A stretch of 64,000 nt of DNA from an uncultured Trueperaceae bacterium (GCA_963815215.1 CAWFFU010000003.1:704001-768000), one strand, 5' to 3'; positions 22,428-33,255 are shown, counted from the first letter of the stretch. Numbers and translations are program-made. Notes: generated from the letters alone by a model not told the origin.

Positions 22428-23324
22428 TCAGACGGGAACGGCGCCTGCCAGCGCTTGGTGGATGCGCGGCATGAACTGGTTCAACGCGTCGTCGCCGGCG
22501 CGGATGGCGACCTCCGCGCGGTGGAAGTTCAGCCAGTGGATGGGCGGTCGGGTATGGACATGGAGCGACGCCTCGTCGCCCGCCTCATCCAGCCAGCCAT
22601 CGGCGGCGTAGGCCAGCGCGCGACCCAGCCTGGCGGCGATGGAGCGGCCGCTCCCCTGCCCCAACGACCGGTGCAAACGATGCCCTACCTCGGTATGCAG
22701 GAAGCGCCGTGCCGCGCGGATGGTGCGCGAGTCCTCCGCCTCCATGCCGGCGCCGATGCCGATCGAGAGCCCCACGTCGAGCCCGCGAAGGGTGTCGAGC
22801 GGGACGGGCGAGCCGATCCCCCCGTCCATCAGCCTGCGACCACCGATGATTACCGGGGCGAACACGCCCGGGATCGAGGCGCTCGCCCGCAATGCCGCGG
22901 CCAGCGGGCCGCTCGACAGCAGCACACGCTCGCCCGAGTCCACATCGGTGGCGACCACGATCAGCGGCCGTACCAGATCCTCGAACGAACGGCCCTCGAC
23001 CATGCCATCGAAGTAGGCCTCGAGACGATGGCCGTCGAACAACGCGCCCTTATGGAGGCCGAAGTCGGCGATGTGCGGGAAGACGTCCCGCCGCCGCATG
23101 GCCGCGGCCTCGACACGGAGCGACTCGGGACTCCGGCCGGAGGCGTACAGCGCCCCGATCACCGCCCCGAAGCTGGTCCCAACGACGATGTCGGGGGCGA
23201 AGCCGTGCCGCTCCAGGCTGGCCAGCGCGCCGATGTGCGCGTATCCGCGTGCGCTCCCGCCGCCGAGCGCGACACCCACGCGGTATCGCGGTCCGGCCGG
23301 AGCATGTTGTAGGAGAAGGTCCAT
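22428..23324 (-). CDS. Patatin-like phospholipase
   Basis: ALGGGSARGYAHIG, GTSFG nucleophile motif, ASASIPGVF, DGG. Confidence 0.92.
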   Translation of the reverse strand: MDLLLQHAPAGPRYRVGVALGGGSARGYAHIGALASLERHGFAPDIVVGTSFGAVIGALYASGRSPESLRVEAAAMRRRDVFPHIADFGLHKGALFDGHRLEAYFDGMVEGRSFEDLVRPLIVVATDVDSGERVLLSSGPLAAALRASASIPGVFAPVIIGGRRLMDGGIGSPVPLDTLRGLDVGLSIGIGAGMEAEDSRTIRAARRFLHTEVGHRLHRSLGQGSGRSIAARLGRALAYAADGWLDEAGDEASLHVHTRPPIHWLNFHRAEVAIRAGDDALNQFMPRIHQALAGAVPV

Positions 23325-23417
23325 CGGCTCTCAGTGTACGGCGAAGGTCATGAGATCTTTGTCACTCGCCCCCCGCATACCCCGCTGCGGGCCCCGCGGG
23401 TGGCGGTGCGTGGCATC

Positions 23418-24308
23418 ATGGCGGGCGTGACGCCCGAGCTCACAGTGGTGGTGGTCCATCACCGCACCCCCGAGATCCTCGAGGCATGCCTCGAACGGCT
23501 GGGGCGGTGTGAACCGTCGGTCCGACGCGTCGTGGTCGAGACAGCACCCGACGAGGCCGTGCTGGAGACCCTGCGCGATCGTCACCCGGACGTGACGGTG
23601 GTGACGGCGCTCAACCACTCCTATGCGCACGCCGTCAACGTCGGGCTGAAGCTCGCCGACGGCACCTTCGTCGCCCACATGAACGCCGACGTGTACGTCG
23701 AGCCCGACACGTTCGCCCGCCTGGTCGACGCGCTCGAGCGACACCCCGGCGCCGGCGTGGCGGCGCCGCTGGCACGCACACCACAAGGACGACGGCAGGA
23801 CCACGGTGTGCTCTATCACCCGCACTACCTGCGACTGGGGCTACGACCCGGCGGCAGCGTGCGCGTGCCCTGGCTCACCGGTTGTCTGCAGGTCGTCCGG
23901 CGCTCGGTGCTCGATCGCATCGGAGGGCTCGACCCGAGTCTGCGCTTCTATAACGAGGACATGGAGTTCTGCCTGCGCGCCCGCGCCGCAGGCTTCCGCT
24001 GCCTGCTGGTCGACGTGCCGGTGCTCCATCTGGGCGGCACCGCCACCCCGAGCGCCGGCGCCTTCCTGGTCGAAGGCGTGCGCGGCGGCTACCAGCTCAG
24101 CCGACGCTACCTCCCCGCCCCCGCCCGGCTGGCCCACCGCGTCGCGCTGGCGACGTGGGGCTCGTTGGGCGGCGCGTTCGGGCGCGAGCCCGAACGCCGG
24201 CGAGCGCTGCGACGCATCGGAGCCATGGCGCGCAGCGGCCGCTTCGACGAGTCGCCCTTCGGCGACACGCTCCTGGACTTCAACGGTACGCACGGGCCGC
24301 GTCCCTGA
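23418..24308 (+). CDS. Glycosyltransferase family 2
   Basis: LTVVVVHH, SYAHAVNVG, MNADV, WLTGCL, GGLDP..FYNEDMEFC. Start is ATG 23418 or GTG 23427. Confidence 0.88.
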   Translation: MAGVTPELTVVVVHHRTPEILEACLERLGRCEPSVRRVVVETAPDEAVLETLRDRHPDVTVVTALNHSYAHAVNVGLKLADGTFVAHMNADVYVEPDTFARLVDALERHPGAGVAAPLARTPQGRRQDHGVLYHPHYLRLGLRPGGSVRVPWLTGCLQVVRRSVLDRIGGLDPSLRFYNEDMEFCLRARAAGFRCLLVDVPVLHLGGTATPSAGAFLVEGVRGGYQLSRRYLPAPARLAHRVALATWGSLGGAFGREPERRRALRRIGAMARSGRFDESPFGDTLLDFNGTHGPRP

Positions 24309-24347
24309 CGATGTTCCCGCCAACATCGGCTATGGTAGATTGAACCC

Positions 24348-25199
24348 ATGACCGCCCTTCAGCGGCTGCCGGACGCGATCCGGCACGACCCCGTCTTCAC
24401 GTACGCGCTCCTCGCCGCGGTCCTGCTGGCGTTGGTCTCGCTCGCGACCAGCGTTGCCCGCCGCGACGTGGCGGTCCTGGCTCGCCCGCGCATCTTGCTG
24501 CGCGTCGTCGGAGCGGTGTTGGCGGCGTTCGCGCTGGCCTACCTCTCGGCGCTGCTCGCCCAGGCGTTCGGCCCTTCCACGTTCACCCGCGCGGTGGCCG
24601 GTCTCGAGCGCTTCCCGTTGGCGCTGGTGACGCTGGCCTACGGCCCCGGTATCGGAGTGGTGGCTGCGGCACTGGTCGCCGGACTGCAGGCCAACGGCTG
24701 GCTCCCCGGCTGGCAACAGGCGGTGTTCGCGCTCGAACTGGCCGTGCTCGGCTGGCTCGCCATCTATCCCTCGCCGAGGAGCAGCCGTTGGGCCGGGCCG
24801 TTGAACGTCGTGCTCGCCTACGCGCTGGCCTGGGGCACCGGCGGCCTGGCGCTCCTCGAGGCTCGCACGGGCTCTGTCACCCCGGCCGCCCTGTGGGTAC
24901 AGCAGCGCCCCGTCGTGCTTGGCGTAGCGGTCAGCGCTCTGCTGCTGGCGCTGGTCCCTCCCTCAGCGTACCGACGGGCCTTCCCGCAGAGCCGCATCGT
25001 GCCGGCCGACGCCGGCCGGGATCCGCGCGAAGCCATGCCGCCGGCCCCGTGGGATACGGCCGACCCAGTAGCGCGAGCGCGTGATCCCATGAAGCTCACC
25101 TACCCCGACCTCCCGCGCGCCATGGTGCGCGGGCGCAAGCGCCGTGAGCTCGAACCGCTTCCGCGCTACCTCGACGAAGACGGCGTCGACGCCGACTGA
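24348..25199 (+). CDS. Hypothetical multi-pass membrane protein (ECF S-component-like core)
   Basis: About 6-7 hydrophobic segments; PLALVTLAYGPGIGVVAAALVAGL resembles S-component helix 2-3. TAGATT lies 6 nt before the ATG. Confidence 0.65.
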   Translation: MTALQRLPDAIRHDPVFTYALLAAVLLALVSLATSVARRDVAVLARPRILLRVVGAVLAAFALAYLSALLAQAFGPSTFTRAVAGLERFPLALVTLAYGPGIGVVAAALVAGLQANGWLPGWQQAVFALELAVLGWLAIYPSPRSSRWAGPLNVVLAYALAWGTGGLALLEARTGSVTPAALWVQQRPVVLGVAVSALLLALVPPSAYRRAFPQSRIVPADAGRDPREAMPPAPWDTADPVARARDPMKLTYPDLPRAMVRGRKRRELEPLPRYLDEDGVDAD

Positions 25200-25246
25200 G
25201 GGTGCGCGTCGCCGGCGCACGGCGGCGCATGGGCAGGGGGCCCGCC

Positions 25247-26265
25247 TCAACCCTGCCGGGCGACCGGCCCAGGCCTGGCACAGGGCACGCTGAAACCGAA
25301 GGCGTTGCCGAGGCCGCCGCTCTCGCGCCCCATCCCCTCAGCCCCTTCGACGGCGCCGCGGGGGCCGCCCCAGGCCTCGCCTCCCCAACGGCGCGCGATC
25401 GACTGCACGATGTACAGGCCCAGGCCGGTTCCCTTCGCCTTGGCGCTGCGTCCCCGCGAGTGCGGCTGGAACAGCTCGTCGACGCGCATCGGATCGAGCG
25501 GCTCGCCCTCGTCCCAGACCTCGATGCGCGCCATGCCGTCCTCGGCGCGGGCGACGAGCGTCACCGTGCCGCCGTCCGGACCGTGAACGGCGGCGTTCTC
25601 GAGCAGGTTGATGAGCACCTGCAGCAACTTGTCCTCGTCGGCCCAGAGCTCGAGTTGCGGTAGCTCCGTGAGCAGGCGCACGCCGGTCCTGTGCAGAACG
25701 GGCTGGACGACGCCGGCCGCCCGCCGCGCCACCTCCGTGAGTAGCAGGCTGCGCTCGCGGGGCGGCCTCACCTCGACAGTGAGGTCCTCGAGCAGCCGTA
25801 CCAGTCGTTCAGACTCCTGCGTCGCCCGCCCCAGGAAACGCGTGCGAAGACCGTCGGGAGGGTCTCCCGACAGGGCCTCGAGGGCCGCCCGGATAGCGGT
25901 CACCGGCGTGCGCAGCTCGTGCGACAGGACCGCCAGGAGCTCGCGTGCGTTCGCTTCGGCGCGTCGCAACTCGGTCACGTCTCGCAGCAGCAGCGCTCCG
26001 CCGACGGGCACCGCCTGGATCCAGCGACCGCGCGTCTCCAGCTCGACCGCACGCCGGGTCTCCAACGCCGCCTCGAGCCGGTGGTCGCGCAACACCCAGA
26101 TCAGGGGCAGCCCTGTCACCCGCGCAGGGTCCACCTCGAGCAGCTGTGACGCCGAGCGGTTGACGAACGTCACGCGCTCGCCGTCGGTCAGGACCACGCC
26201 CTCCTCGAGGGCGTCGAGCAAGGATGCGGTCGCCGGCGGGGCCGCCGGTGGGGCCGTAGGGCCGG

Positions 26266-26269
<4 letters not shown>
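25247..26269 (-). CDS. phoR: PAS-containing cytoplasmic sensor histidine kinase (PhoR-like)
   Basis: LDALEEGVVL (PAS), SHELRTP H-box, QVLINLLENA N-box, GTGLGLYIV G2-box. GTGA overlap with the response regulator stop. Confidence 0.8.
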
Positions 26270-26943
<674 letters not shown>

Positions 26944-26997
26944 CGGCCCGGCCGGTCGCCCGCGTTGCGCTCCATGCGCTCATGATACGAAGCGCCG

Positions 26998-27057
26998 GTC
27001 AGGTGGGCGTCAGGCCCGGCCACGCTCACGCGCCGCGGACCTGACCGAAGGCTGACC
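26998..27057. promoter_or_regulatory. Two oppositely oriented pairs of 11-bp-spaced direct repeats (candidate pho boxes)
   Basis: GTCAGG at 26998 and 27009; CTGACC at 27041 and 27052. Candidate -10 boxes are TATCAT (minus, 26987-26982) and TATGAT (27079-27084). Confidence 0.6.
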
Positions 27058-27097
27058 GCCGTGTGCGAGGCTGTACGGTATGATGCGGCCGTCCATC

Positions 27098-27736
27098 ATG
27101 ACGCAACTGGACCAGGATCTCCAGGACATCAACGCTTCGCTGGTGCGGATGCTCAGCCAGGTTCGCGAGGGATGCGAGCTGGCGCGCTCCGCGCTCATCG
27201 ACTCCGACCTCGCCGCGGCCGAGCGTTGCGTGCTGAACGACGAACGCATCGATGCCATGCAGGCGACGCTGGAACTGAGGATCCTCACGGTGATCGCCCG
27301 GCGGCAGCCGGCGGCGCGCGACCTGCGCTTCCTCGGCGCCGCCTACCAGTCGCTGGCGGACATCGAGCGCGCCGGCGACTACGCCGAGCACGTGGCGCGC
27401 GCGGCCGTCAAGCTGGCGGAGCGGCCGCCTCTGAAGAAGTACCTGGACATGCAGCGCATCCTCGAAGTGCTCGGCAGCATGATCGACACCACCATGAAGG
27501 CCGTCGCCGAGACCGACGTCGACGCGGCGCGGCGGGCGCACGCCATGGACCGCGAGATCGACGAACTCTACGAACAGATCCAGCGCGAGCTGCTTACCTA
27601 CATGATCGAGGATCCCGAGACGATCGGCCGCGCCACGCAGCTGCTCGCCGTGGCGCGCTACCTCGAGCGACTCGGCGATCATCTCGAGAACGTCGACGAG
27701 CACGTCATGTTCTGGCTGACCGGTGAGCGCCCCTAG
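27098..27736 (+). CDS. phoU: Phosphate signalling complex protein PhoU
   Basis: IARRQPAARDLR, DIERAGDYA, DREIDELY, RYLERLGDH. Start at 27098 preferred (alternatives 27080/27083). Confidence 0.95.
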   Translation: MTQLDQDLQDINASLVRMLSQVREGCELARSALIDSDLAAAERCVLNDERIDAMQATLELRILTVIARRQPAARDLRFLGAAYQSLADIERAGDYAEHVARAAVKLAERPPLKKYLDMQRILEVLGSMIDTTMKAVAETDVDAARRAHAMDREIDELYEQIQRELLTYMIEDPETIGRATQLLAVARYLERLGDHLENVDEHVMFWLTGERP

Positions 27737-27802
27737 CGCCGCGCGCGCCCGCAGGAATCCTTTCACGACCTTAGGACCCGCGCCTCGTGTAGGTTGAGTA
27801 CC

Positions 27803-28724
27803 GTGCTGGGCCGCGATCCCATCCAGGAAGGACCGATCCTCGGGGCGCCACGCCATCCGCGCGCGCCCGTCGCGGAGCTCGTGCCTGCGCCCGTGGCGCC
27901 GGCCGCGCCGACCTCCGAGCCGGTCGAGCCGCGCGGGCGCCGTCGGCGTTGGCTCGGGAGCGCCTTCGTGGTGGCGTTGCTGGCGTTGCTGGGGCTGAAC
28001 TGGTCGGCCGCCGTCACCGGCCGCGCAACACCACATGCCGCCCTGATCTCCGGCCTCGAGCAGGCGGTCAACGCCCTGCGCGGGCCGCCCCGGATCGGCC
28101 TACAGATCGGTCACCTCGACGCCGGCGCCATGCCCCGGGAACTGGCGAAGCTCCGTACCTCGACCGGGGCCACCGTCGGTGGAGCTCGAGGAAGTCCAGG
28201 TCAACCACGCGGTGGTGCGCGCCCTGGCAGCCCGGCTCCGGCAGGACGGCTTCAAGGTCGACGTCTTCGACGCCACCGTGCCGCCGCACTACCGTGCCGA
28301 CCTGGTGCTGGCGGTGCACGCCGACGCCAGCACCGATCCCAGCCGAGAAGGCTACAAGAGCGCTCACTTCCTCCCCCTGCGCAACGGCCGCGATCCGCTG
28401 CTCAAGCTCGACATCGATCGCGCCATGCTGGCTCGGAGCCCTCTGGGTGATGATGATCGCAACGTGTCGCTCGACATGCTCGAGTACTACGCCTTCAACG
28501 CCCGGCGCTTCCGGCACGCGATCGCGCGCAGCACGCCGGGCCTGATCGTAGAGCTCGGCTACCTCAGCAACGCCCGTGACCGCGCCTACCTGGAGCGCCC
28601 GCAACGGGCGGCCCAGGCGCTGGCCGTCGGTGTGGTGAGCTACCTTCACGACGTGGGACGGATCCCGGCCGGAGAACCGAAGCCCGGGTCGGAGCGGGCG
28701 TCCGCACCGGCCGCCGCCCCGTGA
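27803..28724 (+). pseudogene. Membrane-anchored N-acetylmuramoyl-L-alanine amidase (Amidase_3), frameshifted near 28181-28184
   Basis: First frame gives a TM segment plus IGLQIGH..TGATVGG; a second frame continues LEEVQVN..LAVHAD..IVELGYLSN. One extra base joins them. Confidence 0.75.
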
Positions 28725-29317
28725 GCCTGCGCCTGTTCCTGGCGCTGGAACCCTCCGACGACGTGCGCCACGAGGCCGAACGCGCCGAACGTCATCTCGC
28801 CGACGCGTTGCCGGCGCTGTCGGCGCGGTACGTGCCGCCGCCCTCCATCCACCTCACGTTGGCGTTCCTGGGGCAGGTCGAGCTCGCCCACCTCGCCGGG
28901 GTGGAGCGCGCCATCGCCGGGGTGGCCCGCAGCGCGCGCCCGCTACGCTGCGTCACGGCGGGCCTGGGCGCGTTCCCGGCCGCCCGCCGCCCCAGCGTCC
29001 TGTGGCTGGGGCTCGACCAGGACGGGACCGAACTTAGCCACCTGCAGCACGACCTCACGCGGGCCCTCGGTCCCGTTCTCGAACGCGACGACCCCGAGCG
29101 CTTCGTTCCCCACCTCACGCTGGCGCGCGTCTCCGGCCTCGGATCCACGCGGCGCGATGCGCTCGCCGCCGCTCTGGACACCTTCCCCGCCGGCAGGGTG
29201 GCGTGGCGTGTCGACGAGCTGGTGCTGTTCCGCAGCGACCTGGGGCCCACAGGCGCGCGCCACACCCCGCTGTCGCGGCTGCCGCTGGCCGCGCCGGCAG
29301 GGACCGCCGGCGGCTAA
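28721..29317 (+). CDS. thpR: RNA 2',3'-cyclic phosphodiesterase (2H family)
   Basis: RLFLAL; two HxT motifs (IHLTLAFLG, PHLTLAR); GAFP; LVLFRSDL. Confidence 0.92.
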   Translation: MSLRLFLALEPSDDVRHEAERAERHLADALPALSARYVPPPSIHLTLAFLGQVELAHLAGVERAIAGVARSARPLRCVTAGLGAFPAARRPSVLWLGLDQDGTELSHLQHDLTRALGPVLERDDPERFVPHLTLARVSGLGSTRRDALAAALDTFPAGRVAWRVDELVLFRSDLGPTGARHTPLSRLPLAAPAGTAGG

Positions 29318-29384
29318 CGAACGGCTCGGCCTCGGGTGGTAGCGCGCGAGCCGCGCCTCCGCCCGTGGTAGCATCCGGCCCAGC

Positions 29385-30117
29385 ATGACCTTGCTGCAGG
29401 AGACGTCGGGGACGCTGATCAACATCGGCACCGTGCTGCTGGGATCGGCGCTCGGCCTGGCCCTGCGGGGGAGGCTCCCGGAGCGCATCGTCACGGTGGT
29501 GATGCAGGCGATCGGCCTGGTCACGGTCTTCATCGGCATCGACAACGCCTTCGACCTCACGCGCGTCGACCACCCCCCTGGGATCATCCTCGGCCTGATG
29601 GCGCTCGCCCTGGGCGGCGCGCTCGGCGAGTGGTGGCACCTGGAGGAAGGTCTGGAGGCGGTGGGCGCCGCCCTGAAGCGTCGCTTCCGGGGGCAGGGGC
29701 GTTTCACCGAGGGCTTCGTCGCCGCCACCCTGTTGTTCTGCGTCGGGCCCCTGACCCTCATCGGCAGCATCCAGAACGGTCTCAGCGGCGAGACCAGCTT
29801 CCTGCTGCTCAAGGCCACCCTGGACGGCTTCTCGTCTCTGGTCCTCGCCACCACCTTCGGATTCGGCGTGATCTTCTCCGTGCTGGTCATCGCCGTCTAC
29901 CAGGGAGGGCTGTCCCTGGCCGCCGGGCCTGTTCACCACCCTCATCCCCGACCCCGCGCACGACCCTCGTGTGCTGCTGGTCAACGGCGTCGGGGGTCTG
30001 CTGATCGTGGCGTTGGGGCTCGGCCTGCTCGACATCAAGCGGGTGAGGACGGCCGCCCTGCTGCCGTCGCTGGCGTTGGTAGTGGTGTTCTACTACGTCG
30101 GTCTGCTGTTCGCTTGA
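29385..30117 (+). pseudogene. DUF554 family membrane protein, frameshifted at GGG 29925-29927
   Basis: GTLINIGTV, GFVAATLLFCVGP, LLKATLDG, YQGGL. After removing one G it continues GLFTT..VGGLLIVALGLGLLDIKRVRTAALLPSL to TGA 30115-30117. Confidence 0.8.
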
Positions 30118-30195
30118 AGGCAGTCCGCTCGCAGGCCCTGCACGGAGCGCGGGACAGAAGCGCTCTGCGCGGCGCGCCGTGCTAGCATCGCAGCC

Positions 30196-30489
30196 ATGAG
30201 CGCCCACGACGTGGATATGGAGCACCTGGAGCGGCTCGCTCGGCTGCAGCTGGAGCCGGACGAAGCCGACCTCCTCGCCCGCGACGTCGCCGGGGTGCTC
30301 GAGTACTTCGATCAGCTCGCCGCCGTCGACACCGAAGGTGTAGACGAGCTGGTCCGTCCGGTCATCCCCGCTCGCTCGCACCGCTCCGACGTGGTGACGC
30401 CGTCGCTCGACCGGGAGCGCGTCGCGGAGCTCACCAACGCCAGCCAGGACGGCTTCGTACGCGTCCCGCGCACTGTCGACGAGGATTGA
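30196..30489 (+). CDS. gatC: Asp/Glu-tRNA amidotransferase subunit C
   Basis: HLERLARL, LEYFDQLAAVDTEGV, NASQDGFVRVPR. TAGCAT lies 7 nt before the ATG. Confidence 0.9.
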   Translation: MSAHDVDMEHLERLARLQLEPDEADLLARDVAGVLEYFDQLAAVDTEGVDELVRPVIPARSHRSDVVTPSLDRERVAELTNASQDGFVRVPRTVDED

Positions 30490-30520
30490 GCCTAGCGGCG
30501 CTCGACGCCGAAGCCTCGGC

Positions 30521-31801
30521 TCAGACCAACCGTTCCCGCCCCACGTAGGGACGCAACGCTTCCGGCACCCGCACGCTCCCATCCTCGGCCTGATACGTCT
30601 CGAGGATGGCGGCGATCGTGCGCGGGAAGGCCAGGGCGCTGCCGTTCAGGGTATGGACCGGCCCCGGTCGGCCCTTCCCGCGGGCGCCACCCGGCCGCGC
30701 ACGCGTCTTGAGGCGCGACGCCTGGAAGGCCTCGATGTTGCTGATCGAAGACACCTCCAGCCAGCGTCCCTGGCCGGGGCTCCATGCCTCCAGGTCGTAC
30801 TTCTTGGCCTGCGTGAAGCCCATGTCACCACTGCACATCAGCAGCTTCCGATAGGCCAGGCCGAGTTCCTCGAGCATCGACTCCGCGATCCGCGTCATGG
30901 CCTCCAACGCCTCGTAGCTGTGCTCGGGCAGGGTGAACTGCACCATCTCGACCTTGTCGAACTGATGCACGCGGTTCAGGCCGCGGACGTCCTTGCCGTA
31001 GCTGCCCGCCTCCCGCCGGAAGCAGGCCGAGTACGCGGCGTAACGCAGCGGCAGCGCCTCGCTGTCGAGGATCTCGTCGCGGTGGAGATTGGTCACCGCC
31101 ACCTCCGAGGTCGGGATCATGTAGAAACCGTCCGACACCTCGTACATCTGCCCTTCCTTGTCGGGCAACTGGCCCGTGGCGGTGGCCGAGTCCACGTTGA
31201 CCATCAGGGGCACCACCAGCTCGGTGTAGCCGGCGGCCTCGAGGCGATCGAGGAAGAAACGCTCCAGGGCGCGCACCAGCCGGGCGCCCGGACCCCGGAA
31301 CAACGGGAAGCCCGCGCCGGTGATCTTCACGCCGGCTTCGAGATCGAGCCAGCCGGCCTCCGTTGCGAGCTCCCAGTGGGGACGCGGCTCGAAGGCGAAC
31401 TCGGGCAGCGTCCCCCACTCCTTGACCACCACGTTGTCGTGCTCGCTCTCGCCATAGGGAACGCTCTCGTGGGGGAGGTTGGGGATCTCCAGCAGGAGCT
31501 CCTGGAGGCGCGCCTCCAGGCTCCTGTCACGCTCCTCGAGATGCTTGACCTCGGCGGCGACCTCGCCCATCTGACGCATCAGCTCGTTGGCGTCCTCGCC
31601 GCTGCGCTTCATCTCGCCGATCCTCTTGCTGTTGGCGTTGCGGAGCGCCTGCTGCTCCTCCAGGTCGCGCCGGAGCAGCCGGTGCTCCTCGTCGGTCAGC
31701 AGGAGCTGCTCGAGGCTCTCGAGCGCCTCGGGGAGCTGCTTGGCGCGGATCGCCCGACGCACCGCGTCGGGGTTCTCGCGGATGAACCTCAGATCCAGCA
31801 T
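30521..31801 (-). CDS. serS: Serine--tRNA ligase
   Basis: MLDLRFIRENPD, IPNLP, IPTSEV, FRREAGSYG..RVHQFDKVEM, KKYDLE, HTLNGSALA. TAGACT lies 7 nt before the ATG. Confidence 0.97.
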   Translation of the reverse strand: MLDLRFIRENPDAVRRAIRAKQLPEALESLEQLLLTDEEHRLLRRDLEEQQALRNANSKRIGEMKRSGEDANELMRQMGEVAAEVKHLEERDRSLEARLQELLLEIPNLPHESVPYGESEHDNVVVKEWGTLPEFAFEPRPHWELATEAGWLDLEAGVKITGAGFPLFRGPGARLVRALERFFLDRLEAAGYTELVVPLMVNVDSATATGQLPDKEGQMYEVSDGFYMIPTSEVAVTNLHRDEILDSEALPLRYAAYSACFRREAGSYGKDVRGLNRVHQFDKVEMVQFTLPEHSYEALEAMTRIAESMLEELGLAYRKLLMCSGDMGFTQAKKYDLEAWSPGQGRWLEVSSISNIEAFQASRLKTRARPGGARGKGRPGPVHTLNGSALAFPRTIAAILETYQAEDGSVRVPEALRPYVGRERLV

Positions 31802-31947
31802 GCGTACCAGTCTACGGTTTCGGCGCCTGCGAAGGCGAGCCGTCCGCTCGCTGCGGGAGCCGTCCGGCGCAGCGGGGCCGGTGCTAGACTGGACCGCCGA
31901 ACCCATGCTCCACCGCGACGGCGCGCTGAATCCGGAGGTAGGCCGCG

Positions 31948-33255
31948 ATGTCCGACCCGACCCGAGCCCGTGACGACGTGCTGGCATTGCACCAGCGCTA
32001 CCTCTTCCCGGCCGTCCACCCCTACTACGGGGACGACCCCCTGGTGGTCGATCGGGCCAAGGGACACACCGTCTGGGACGTCGAGGGGCGTTCCTACCTG
32101 GATTTCTTCGGGGGCGTGCTCACGGTCTCGATCGGGCATGCCAACGACGACGTCAACGCGCGCGTGATCGAGCAGCTCCAGCGGCTGCAGCACACCTCGA
32201 CGCTCTACCTCAACGAGATCATGGTGCGCGTTGCCGAACGGGTGGCAGCCGTCACGCCCGGCCGATTGCAGAAGTGTTTCTTCACCTCCAGCGGCAGCGA
32301 GGCCAACGAGACGGCCGTGACCGCTGCCCGCATGGCCACCGGCCACAGCACCATCGTCACGCTCCGGCACGCCTACGCCGGCCGCACCATGGAGGCGATG
32401 AGCCTGACGGGGCACGGCCCTTGGAGGCTGGGGGGCACGTTCGACGGCAACGTTCGGCACGTACGCAGCCCATATGCCTATCGGGCTCCCGTGGGGCTGA
32501 GCGAGGCGGAGCTGGTCGACCTCTGCATCCAGGACCTGGAGGAGACGCTGGCGACCACCACCGACGGCACCATCGCCGCCTTCATGGCCGAGCCCATCCA
32601 GGGCGTGGGCGGCTTCGTGGTGCTGCCGCGGGACTACCTGCGTCGCGTCGAGCCGATCGTGCGTGAAGCCGGCGGCCTGATGATCGTCGACGAGGTTCAG
32701 ACCGGCTGGGGCCGGACGGGCCAGAGCTGGTGCGGCATCGAGCACTGGGGCATCTCCCCCGACATCATGACGTTCGCCAAGGGGATGGCGAACGGCGCGC
32801 CCATCGGCTGCACCATCGCCACACCCGAGGTCGCCGACGCCCTGGTCGGCACCACCTTCTCGACCTTCGGCGGCAATCCCGTGTCGATGGCAGCTGCGCT
32901 CGCCACCCTCGAGTACATCGAGCAGCACGATCTCCCGGACAACGCCCACCGTCAGGGCCTGCGGCTTCGCACCCGCCTCGAGGACGCTACCGCGCCATAC
33001 GCGTTCGTCGGCGACGTGCGCGGCATGGGCCTCATGCAGGCGCTCGAGATCGTGGCGCCGGACGGCTCCAAGGCCCCCGACCCGGATCGCGCCGACGCCC
33101 TCCTCGGCGCCGCGCGCCGTCGCGGCCTGCTGATCGGCAAGGGTGGCCTGTACAACAACGTGATCCGCATCGCCCCCCACCTCACGGTGGACGCCAAGGA
33201 GATCGATCAGGGCGTCGAGCTTCTAGCCCTGGCGCTGCGGGACGCCGCCGCCTAG
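31948..33255 (+). CDS. Class III PLP aminotransferase (AGXT2/beta-alanine aminotransferase-like)
   Basis: YLDFFGG, SGSEANE, AEPIQGVGG, DEVQTGWGRTG, FAKG, STFGGNP, DVRGMGLM. SD GGAGGT. Confidence 0.9.
   Translation: MSDPTRARDDVLALHQRYLFPAVHPYYGDDPLVVDRAKGHTVWDVEGRSYLDFFGGVLTVSIGHANDDVNARVIEQLQRLQHTSTLYLNEIMVRVAERVAAVTPGRLQKCFFTSSGSEANETAVTAARMATGHSTIVTLRHAYAGRTMEAMSLTGHGPWRLGGTFDGNVRHVRSPYAYRAPVGLSEAELVDLCIQDLEETLATTTDGTIAAFMAEPIQGVGGFVVLPRDYLRRVEPIVREAGGLMIVDEVQTGWGRTGQSWCGIEHWGISPDIMTFAKGMANGAPIGCTIATPEVADALVGTTFSTFGGNPVSMAAALATLEYIEQHDLPDNAHRQGLRLRTRLEDATAPYAFVGDVRGMGLMQALEIVAPDGSKAPDPDRADALLGAARRRGLLIGKGGLYNNVIRIAPHLTVDAKEIDQGVELLALALRDAAA

Noticed and set aside
22428..23324. Patatin as a CBASS-type anti-phage effector
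   Set aside because: No cyclase or other defence gene nearby; it looks like an ordinary RssA-type patatin among housekeeping genes.
28175..29930. Programmed ribosomal frameshifting or phase variation at the two frameshifts
   Set aside because: No slippery heptamer, long homopolymer or tandem repeat at either site; error or mutation is simpler.
30196..30489. gatC without gatA/gatB, and gnd-zwf without pgl
   Set aside because: Dispersed gat and pentose-phosphate genes are common, and the partners may lie outside the window.
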